From assembly GCA_047974415.1 (NCBI GenBank), contig JBKECH010000002.1, forward strand, positions 13,419-77,418: a stretch of 64,000 nt of DNA, written 5' to 3'. This document shows, in pieces, positions 57,221-64,000 of the stretch. Position 1 is the stretch's first letter. Each line of letters starts with the position of its first letter. The position numbers and the translations under genes are program-made. Under the pieces are notes generated by a model that saw only the letters and a program-made list of their open reading frames with translations, did no database searches and was not told the DNA's origin. The DNA comes from Bacteroidales bacterium. Lineage in GTDB: Bacteria > Bacteroidota > Bacteroidia > Bacteroidales > Prolixibacteraceae.

Positions 57221-57802
57221 TAATGTTGTTCTTTTGTTATTCTCTGCTTTGGACTATTTGTATTGTTATGCAAATGTATATATATAAGATGTATAAAACA
57301 AGCGTGTGATTTTGAGGTGTCATGGATTTTTGCTTAATCCCAGAAAATGCATTAGTTTGCCTGCTCCGTGCTCAAATCTCTTCAAAACGAATGTGTTACT
57401 AGTTTTGGGCGTAATGTATTGCGTCTCTACCTCGTCGTAGCGGAGCTACGCTTCGTTCTCCAAAACTCTTGTTTTATCGAGCTTGAAGCACTCGCTACGG
57501 CTCTCTAATACACAATTTGGGTTTAATGTATACGCACTGTATATATGCTGACGCCTTGTTGGGGCTAGTTGTCATGAATTTATTTGAACTATTATTATTT
57601 GAGCTTTACAACAAAGTCACTCATTTCGTTTATGACGATGGAGCTTTTGTTCTGAATGGAGTTCCAGTTGGAGGAACAATAAAAGAGCAAGTGTGGCTTA
57701 TACTTGCTATGTATATTGCTTTCATGGTGTATAACATTAGGAAGCATAGGAAAAAAATACGAAGATTAGTAGATATCTATGCCCTGCTGATCTTTTTCCT
57801 TT

Positions 57803-60277
57803 TCAGACTTCTAGCTCTACAATAGTGATACCTGCACCACCTTGGTCAAGAGGAGCATCGTAATATTTACTCACGGCAGGCTCTGTGCGAAGATATGAAC
57901 GTATTTGTTCTCGCAATATGCCGTTGCCCTTGCCATGCAGGATAGTAAGACGTTTCTCGCCAAGTACTATACCTTTATCTATAAACAGTAACACCTCGCT
58001 AATTGCTTCGTCTGCTCTTTGTCCTCTTACATCTATTTGTTGTTTGAATTCAAGCCTATTATTCATTACTTGATTTTTGATAGAGCTTTTAGGAGCACCA
58101 TGTTTTTCGATCTTCTTGTGAGCAGTGTTGCTAATCGGAGAAAGCTTGTCTATTCCTACTGTCGATGCCATCGAACCAAATGCTACAACAGCCTGACCGT
58201 TGTCAATTTCTATTATTTCGCCAATCATCTCGCTGTCGTTGATTCTAACTTTCGAACCGACTGTTAATGCTATTCGTTCCTCGTTTTCAGTTTTTTGCTT
58301 CTTGAGTTTTGCTCCACGCTTCTTTTCACTTTTTCTGAAACTATCGAGTTTGCTTGTGAGCTTTTTTGACATACTTTTATTAAGTTTCTTGTCAACGTCT
58401 TCTTTTAGCAGTTCTATTCCTTTTCGTATCTCTTTAGTTCTATCTTTTTCTGCCTGCGCACGCCTAATTTCGTGTATGGCGTTTTCGACTTTCTTATTTG
58501 TTTCGGCAAGAATGGCTTGAGCCTCTTTGCGAGCTTCGGATATTATTTTTTTATGGGCTTTTTCGGTTTCTTTTAGGTCTTCAGAATAGTCTTCTGCCAG
58601 TTTATCCAGTTCTTTTTCTTTTATACGTATGGAGTTTCGTTTTTTCTGCCAGTAGCTCCTGTCGCGAGCCACTTCGCGCAGATGTTTGTCAAAGTTGATG
58701 TGTTCCTGTCCTACGGATTCGGATGCCTTTGTCAACACATCTTCGGGTAGGCCAATGCTACGTGCAATTTCAAAAGCAAAGGAACTGCCAGGACTCCCTA
58801 TTTCTAGTTTGAATAGAGGTTTTAATTTGCCAGTGTCATAGAGCATTGCGCCATTCATTACGTCTAATCTCGACGATGCAAAATGCTTTAGGTTAGTGTA
58901 GTGGGTGGTTATAATTCCAAAAGTGCCTCGTTGAAGTAGTCTTTCCAGTATTGCCTCCGCAATAGCGCCACCAATAGCGGGTTCGGTACCAGTGCCAAAC
59001 TCGTCAATGAGAATTAAAGAGCTAGAGTCGCAGTTGCCGATAAAGTGCTTCATGTTGGTAAGGTGCGAGCTATATGTGCTTAGATCGTTTTCGATAGATT
59101 GTTCGTCGCCTATGTCCATGAATATATTGGAAAACAGACCAGATACACTTCCTTCACCCACGGGGATTAGCATACCACATTGAAGCATGTATTGTAAAAG
59201 TCCGACAGTTTTTAGGCATACGGACTTACCTCCTGCATTGGGTCCACTTATCAATAGTACTCTTCCCTCGTCATGCAACAGTCTTATTGTTAGTGGGACT
59301 GCGGTCTTCTTTTCTTTGGCTAGGTGTCTTCTCAAGTTAGGGTGATATGCATTTACCCAATTGATAATAGGTTTATCTTCTATCTTTGGGAGTCTTGCCT
59401 CCTCGGCCATTGCCCATTTTGCTTTTGCCCTGATAAAATCAATATTTCCAAGTAGTTGATAAACATATCTGAGCTCGGGGATATAAGGGCGTATTTCGGA
59501 GCTGAAGACAGTTAATATCTTAACAATCTCTCGTCTTTCATCCATTTCCAGTTCCCTTATTTGGTTGTTTAGTTCCACTACTTCGGCTGGTTCAATGAAA
59601 ACGGTTTTGCCACTTGCCGAAACATCGTGGATTATTCCATTTATTCTGCGTTTCAGTGCGGCAGGAATAGGTATAACTGTGCGCCCCTCTCTTATGGTTG
59701 CTGTTGTGTCTTCTTCTGCTATGCCAGATTTTTTTGCTTGCGATAGTACCGAGTTTACTGTTTTAGACACTCTTCCTTTTGCCGATATTAGAGAGCCCCG
59801 AATCTCTCTAAGCTTGGGCGATGCTCCATCGTATATATATCCCTTTTCGTTTATTATTGATGATGCCTTTTTTACAACTAGCGGTGCCAATTCTACGGGT
59901 TTAAGCAGTCGTTCAAGATATTGAAATCTTTCACTATCCTTGTTTTTATTGAAGTAGACTTCTATATGACAGAATGTTTCCAGAGATAGCTTGAGTTTTA
60001 GTAGGTTTTCGGTATCTATAAATGAGCCTTCAACTCGGAGAGCCGATAAAGCTTCGCGCAAGTCAAAATAATTTTGAGAGGGGAAGTCAACTCTATCTGT
60101 GATTATAGAGCAAAACTCGGAAGTCTGATTTAGAGCCGTCTTTACAAACTTAATGTTTGTAGACATATTCATCTTGTCCACAAGCTCCTCTCCCAATGTG
60201 CCGCTACAATATGTTTTTAGTTGGGAGCGTATTTGTGTAAAACCTAGTTTATGTTCAAAATTTTGAGGATAAATCAT
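57803..60277 (-). CDS. mutS2: Endonuclease MutS2 (Smr domain)
   Basis: MIYPQNFEHKLGF start (ATG complement 60275-60277 is preferred to the GTG at 60307), Walker A GPNAGGKSV, DEFGTGTEP, C-terminal Smr LHGKGNGILR. Confidence 0.92.
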   Translation of the reverse strand: MIYPQNFEHKLGFTQIRSQLKTYCSGTLGEELVDKMNMSTNIKFVKTALNQTSEFCSIITDRVDFPSQNYFDLREALSALRVEGSFIDTENLLKLKLSLETFCHIEVYFNKNKDSERFQYLERLLKPVELAPLVVKKASSIINEKGYIYDGASPKLREIRGSLISAKGRVSKTVNSVLSQAKKSGIAEEDTTATIREGRTVIPIPAALKRRINGIIHDVSASGKTVFIEPAEVVELNNQIRELEMDERREIVKILTVFSSEIRPYIPELRYVYQLLGNIDFIRAKAKWAMAEEARLPKIEDKPIINWVNAYHPNLRRHLAKEKKTAVPLTIRLLHDEGRVLLISGPNAGGKSVCLKTVGLLQYMLQCGMLIPVGEGSVSGLFSNIFMDIGDEQSIENDLSTYSSHLTNMKHFIGNCDSSSLILIDEFGTGTEPAIGGAIAEAILERLLQRGTFGIITTHYTNLKHFASSRLDVMNGAMLYDTGKLKPLFKLEIGSPGSSFAFEIARSIGLPEDVLTKASESVGQEHINFDKHLREVARDRSYWQKKRNSIRIKEKELDKLAEDYSEDLKETEKAHKKIISEARKEAQAILAETNKKVENAIHEIRRAQAEKDRTKEIRKGIELLKEDVDKKLNKSMSKKLTSKLDSFRKSEKKRGAKLKKQKTENEERIALTVGSKVRINDSEMIGEIIEIDNGQAVVAFGSMASTVGIDKLSPISNTAHKKIEKHGAPKSSIKNQVMNNRLEFKQQIDVRGQRADEAISEVLLFIDKGIVLGEKRLTILHGKGNGILREQIRSYLRTEPAVSKYYDAPLDQGGAGITIVELEV

Positions 60278-60411
60278 TCTTAAACACCTGCTTTTGGTGT
60301 CAGCCACAGGCCAACATGCCTTTTGTTTATTAACTTAAGACTAGACTTCGACTATTAGTCCCAGTCAAATCTAGCATTTGCAAAGATAATGAAAAGTCAA
60401 GTTGTGGACAA

Positions 60412-60439
60412 TAAAAAAGGGATGCCATATTGGCATCCC
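60412..60439 (-). terminator. Rho-independent terminator of the porin-like gene
   Basis: On the minus strand: GGGATGCCA-ATA-TGGCATCCC followed by TTTTTTAT. Confidence 0.75.
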
Positions 60440-60463
60440 CATATTCAATAATTTTGTTTTTTC

Positions 60464-60976
60464 CTAGAAAGTGTACTGTATTCCAGCACCTGCATTTTGT
60501 CCAAAACCAAGAGCGAATTTCTCAGATGCTCCGTCATAAGTGACGCCACCCATATTGAAGTTAAGAGCCCACCCTTTTCCTAGTTCTGCTTGGAATCCTG
60601 GAGTGATAGCAAGACCAAAGTTAGAATCGCTATTCCCTACTTCAGGGTTATAACCATTTATCCCTAAACCTGCAGTTGTGTAGAAGTTAAAGATGTTATT
60701 CAATGGAGTCAAAAAGATACCTGATGCATAAACTCTGTAGGTGCTATGACTATCATCAACCATTCCGTATCCAAGATCTAGTCCAACTCCCCAATTAGGA
60801 TTAAGCCAGTAGTAACCAGCTACGTTAAGCTGAGCGTTGTCAACCTTTTTTATTGCTGTATGAGTGCTGTATTGAAAACCTCCAGCAAGAGTGAATTTTC
60901 CACCATCTTCGTTTTGTGCATTTGCGAATTGAGCTAGTGCTACACAAGCTACAACCATTAAAAGAATTTTCTTCAT
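60464..60976 (-). CDS. Small outer-membrane beta-barrel protein (porin-family/OmpW-size)
   Basis: MKKILLMVVACVALAQFANAQ signal, alternating beta-strand pattern, C-terminal ...AGIQYTF beta-signal. ATG at complement 60974-60976. Confidence 0.75.
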   Translation of the reverse strand: MKKILLMVVACVALAQFANAQNEDGGKFTLAGGFQYSTHTAIKKVDNAQLNVAGYYWLNPNWGVGLDLGYGMVDDSHSTYRVYASGIFLTPLNNIFNFYTTAGLGINGYNPEVGNSDSNFGLAITPGFQAELGKGWALNFNMGGVTYDGASEKFALGFGQNAGAGIQYTF

Positions 60977-61159
60977 TTTGTCAATTATTAATTGTTTAAC
61001 GGTGCAAAGGAAATGTAATATTTCTATATGCAAGACAATTCAGACATTATAAAAATGTCAATAAAAGCTTATTGCTTTTTGGACAAATTCTGTGTAAAAT
61101 TGGAATATTAGGTATCTTAGGAGCTTAAGTGTTTAGAATTTACAGGTTTGAGTTGTTAA

Positions 61160-61340
61160 TTATGTCTGTCTAAAGTCAAATATTTGAGTCATGCTCACTT
61201 TGTGAATTAGTCATTTATACAAGTAAAGACGCCCAACTTGGGCGTCTTTACTTCCAATTCACAAACTCCCAACATGCAGAACGACAGACCTTGATATTTA
61301 ACTTTATAGTTCAGACTCCTAACATTATGGGCAGGCGCTA
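61160..61340 (-). mobile_element. MITE-like repeat family 1, copy 9 (long form, reverse)
   Basis: TTATGTCTGTCTAAAGTCAAATATTTGAGTCATGCTCACTTTGTGAA...AGTAAAGACGCCCA-ACT-TGGGCGTCTTTACT...CCTTGATATTTAACTTTATAGTTCAGACTCCTAACATTATGGGCAGGCGCTA. Confidence 0.88.
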
Positions 61341-61414
61341 ATTATAAAGAAAGACATAGGGGGTAAAACCTCGAACAAAATGTTTATCTTTGTCTCCTCG
61401 AAAAAGATAACATT

Positions 61415-62512
61415 ATGGGATTAAAATGTGGTATCGTAGGACTGCCAAATGTAGGCAAATCTACACTGTTCAACTGCCTGAGTAGTGCGAAGGCGCAATC
61501 GGCGAACTTTCCTTTTTGCACTATAGAACCAAACGTGGGAGTGATAACTGTTCCTGACAGCAGGTTGATAGAGCTAGCTGAATTGGCAAAGTCTGAAAAA
61601 ATACTTCCTACCACAATAGAAATTGTAGATATTGCAGGATTAGTAAAAGGTGCTAGCAAAGGCGAAGGATTGGGTAATCAGTTTCTTTCAAACATCCGCG
61701 AAACCGATGCCATAGTTCATGTTCTTCGGTGCTTTGAAAACGACAATATAACTCATGTCGATGGGAGCATTGACCCAGTAAGAGATAAAGAGGTTATCGA
61801 CACCGAATTACAACTCAAAGACTTAGAAACAGTAGAGAATGTAACTTTGCGACTGCAACGCCAAGCAAAAAGTGGCGACAAGGCTGTATTGAAGCGTGTA
61901 GACATTGCCAATCAATATAAACAACTACTCGAAGCAGGTAAGTCGGCGCGCGAACTGCAACTGAGCAAAGAGGATGCCCATATAGGTGCAGAATTTCAAC
62001 TCCTGACCAATAAGCCCATATTGTATGTGTGCAATGTTGATGAGGCCTCTGCAAAGACGGGAAACGCTTTTGTAGATAAGGTCAAAGATGCTGTTAAGAA
62101 CGAAGATGCAGAGGTGATTGTTGTTGCAGCCGCTACAGAATCGGATATTGCAGAGCTTGAGAGTTTTGAAGAAAAGCAGATGTTTCTCGAAGAGCTAGGA
62201 TTGAAAGAGCCAGGTGTAAATAAACTGATACACAGCGCGTACAAATTATTAAGCTTGGAAACGTATTTTACTGTGGGCCCCAAAGAGGCACGTGCATGGA
62301 CATATATCAAAGGAACAAAAGCTCCGCAGGCAGCAGGTATTATACATACCGACTTTGAAAAAGGGTTTATACGTGCAGAGGTCATAAAGTACAGTGACTA
62401 TGTGCAATATAAGTCCGAAGCAGGATGTCGCGATGCTGGCAAGTTGGGGGTGGAAGGCAAAGAGTATGTAGTGAAAGACGGAGATGTACTACACTTCCGC
62501 TTTAATGTGTAA
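61415..62512 (+). CDS. ychF: Redox-regulated ATPase YchF (Obg-like GTPase family)
   Basis: GIVGLPNVGKSTLFN, DIAGLVKGAS, C-terminal TGS-like VKDGDVLHFRFNV. Confidence 0.93.
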   Translation: MGLKCGIVGLPNVGKSTLFNCLSSAKAQSANFPFCTIEPNVGVITVPDSRLIELAELAKSEKILPTTIEIVDIAGLVKGASKGEGLGNQFLSNIRETDAIVHVLRCFENDNITHVDGSIDPVRDKEVIDTELQLKDLETVENVTLRLQRQAKSGDKAVLKRVDIANQYKQLLEAGKSARELQLSKEDAHIGAEFQLLTNKPILYVCNVDEASAKTGNAFVDKVKDAVKNEDAEVIVVAAATESDIAELESFEEKQMFLEELGLKEPGVNKLIHSAYKLLSLETYFTVGPKEARAWTYIKGTKAPQAAGIIHTDFEKGFIRAEVIKYSDYVQYKSEAGCRDAGKLGVEGKEYVVKDGDVLHFRFNV

Positions 62513-62619
62513 TAAGAGTCTGGGCTAAGGTATAAGACTAAACACCCTGGTGAACTATCCTTTGCAATAGAGGTTGATTTTCATTGATTTGTAAGGCTCG
62601 CACCCATCTCTATACCCAA

Positions 62620-63324
62620 AAAGTATCGGGATGTATGTTTTTATCCTAAATACAGCAATGATTGCATACCTAAAGAAGCACGATATTAAGACTATCGCTA
62701 TGGAAAGTACAGGCAGCTATTGGCAATCCCTATTTGCTATTCTGCAAGAGGCTGTATTTGAGGTTATATTAGTTTCAGGACATCAAACGAAAACGTTATA
62801 GCCAAGACAGATGTAAAAGATAGTCATATGGATACAGAAATTACATTCTTTAGGTTTATTAAGATGGTGTTTTTTGCCAACAGAGCAAACAGCTAAATTG
62901 AAAACACTGAGTCGTCATCGTCAATCTTTGATTGAAGATTCAGCTAAAACGAGTAATAAAATGCAGAAAACCCTTCGCCTGATGAACTTACGGTTAGACG
63001 TCGTTATCTCAGACATTAACGGGTAAATCAGGAATGGCAATTATTACAGCTATTTTAAAAGGGGAGCGTAACGGTAAAGTTTTATCGTTGTTAGCAGATG
63101 GGCGATGTCGGAAAAGCAAAGAAGAGATTGCACAAGCCTTAGTTGGTCACTGGAGCGATGAATTGCTTTTTGAATTGCAAGATTGCTATGATATCTACCA
63201 TCTTTTTCAGAGTAAGATACGAATGTGCGATAATCGTATCGAAAAACTACTACAAAGGTTTGTGCCTGGGAAAGAAGAACCTAACAGAAAAATCACAAAG
63301 AAGGAGCATTTCGTCAGAAGCTAG
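62620..63324 (+). pseudogene. Decayed IS110-family transposase, truncated at both ends with several frame disruptions
   Basis: Pieces in three frames: MIAYLKKHDIKTIAMESTGSYWQSLFAILQEA..VILVSGHQTK, then WIQKLHSLGLLRWCFLPTEQTAKLKTLSRHRQSLIEDSAKTSNKMQKTLRLMNLRLDVVISDI, then MAIITAILKGERNGKVLSLLADGRCRKSKEEIAQALVGHWSDELLFELQDCYDIYHLFQSKI. The N-terminal catalytic start and the C-terminal Transposase_20-type domain are absent. Confidence 0.7.
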
Positions 63325-63468
63325 CAACGTGTTTATTTTGAGGAGATTTGGGCACGTAATAGGAGAGCTAGTGCATGTTTCGGATTCAAACATATTCCTA
63401 CTGAGAAGTTATTCTTTTTGGGGTTTTATCATAATGTTGATATATGTTGTAAGTACACTTGTAAGTCC

Positions 63469-64000
63469 TTATTTTTCTAGTCTGGTATTAGTATCGCCAA
63501 AGATAAAACCTACAACATTTTGCTTGAATTCAGGGTCATACTCCGAAAATTCTCCTACTACTCCTTTTGTATGATTTGGATTTATTGAAGGATCACTTTT
63601 GCTTAATTCGTAAAAATATGCATGTTCATATCCTTCATGAGCCGTATTGGAAGTTTGCTTTTCTTCGCTTAGAAAGGATGCCGTAAAAATATAAACATTA
63701 TCATCGGGAGAGGGATCGTTTTCTGCATTAGGCATCATCGTAATCCCATAAGAAAAATTCTCAGGATTGTTAACATCACTTCCTTTCTCGAAAAAGGCAG
63801 TTCCAGAATAATTGTCAGAGACAACAAAAATATAATTTGTTTCACTGTCTGCAATATCTTTAAGAGCTAACATATTCTCAGAAGTGCTATTTGACTTACC
63901 TAGTCGTTTAGCATTAAGCATACCATCTTTATCGAACTTTACAAACTTAGCTTCTTGTCGAGTAAGAGTATTTTTTATATTGCGTTGTGATTTCTCATCG
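63469..64000 (-). CDS. Hypothetical protein, C-terminal 177 codons; the ORF stays open to the right window edge
   Basis: The frame containing MLNAKRLGKSNS... continues upstream without a stop (DEKSQRNIKNTLTRQEAKFVKFDKDG...). It is AT-rich and I recognise no family. Confidence 0.5.
   Translation of the reverse strand, partial: DEKSQRNIKNTLTRQEAKFVKFDKDGMLNAKRLGKSNSTSENMLALKDIADSETNYIFVVSDNYSGTAFFEKGSDVNNPENFSYGITMMPNAENDPSPDDNVYIFTASFLSEEKQTSNTAHEGYEHAYFYELSKSDPSINPNHTKGVVGEFSEYDPEFKQNVVGFIFGDTNTRLEK

Noticed and set aside
57404-57535. Direct repeat TTTGGGCGTAATGTATTGCG / TTTGGGTTTAATGTATACGC flanking a ~90-nt segment with a small hairpin (CGTAGC-GGA-GCTACG); possible small RNA or element
   Set aside because: Identity is only about 16 of 20 and there is no further alignable structure or recognisable RNA family. 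The evidence is too weak.
57517-57825. 102-aa ORF (TTG start) convergent with, and overlapping, the mutS2 3' end
   Set aside because: It has two hydrophobic segments, so a small membrane protein is possible. However, the start is non-canonical, I recognise no family, and it overlaps mutS2. The support is not enough to call it.

Overview
This looks like a chromosomal segment of a Bacteroidota (Bacteroidales-like) genome. The taxon call rests on a SusC/SusD pair, a fused LpxC-FabZ, a 729-aa type III glutamine synthetase and a TAnnTTTG-type promoter box. Gene content is mostly housekeeping: lpxD/lpxC-fabZ/lpxA, gltX, mutL, mutS2, ispD, acpP-fabF-rnc, ychF, cca-like, speA-speB, initiator tRNA-Met and glnN. 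One polysaccharide-utilisation-like locus spans about 10.6-28.7 kb. It holds a divergent AraC regulator, two tandem GH2 glycosidases, a kinase-less four-gene sugar-oxidation cassette (RraA-like, enolase-superfamily dehydratase, SDR, SMP-30 lactonase), SusC/SusD and a RhaT-family symporter. Two genes run off the window edges and are missing from the ORF track: a GH2 beta-mannosidase at the left edge and an AT-rich orphan ORF at the right edge. The most unusual signal is non-coding. (i) A MITE-like repeat family of about 135-190 bp has 7 near-full copies plus fragments, all intergenic, and its TAG/CTA termini form the stop codons of three genes. (ii) A second repeat of about 105 bp ends 10 nt before ATGAAA start codons. 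(iii) Three strictly phased tandem arrays have periods of 42/84, 83 and 41 bp. Other points are an AmgK-like kinase fused to a RapZ C-terminal-like domain, an ECF sigma factor with a fused transmembrane extension, a decayed IS110-family transposase and a frameshifted small membrane-protein gene. All homology calls are from motif recognition by eye; no searches were run.
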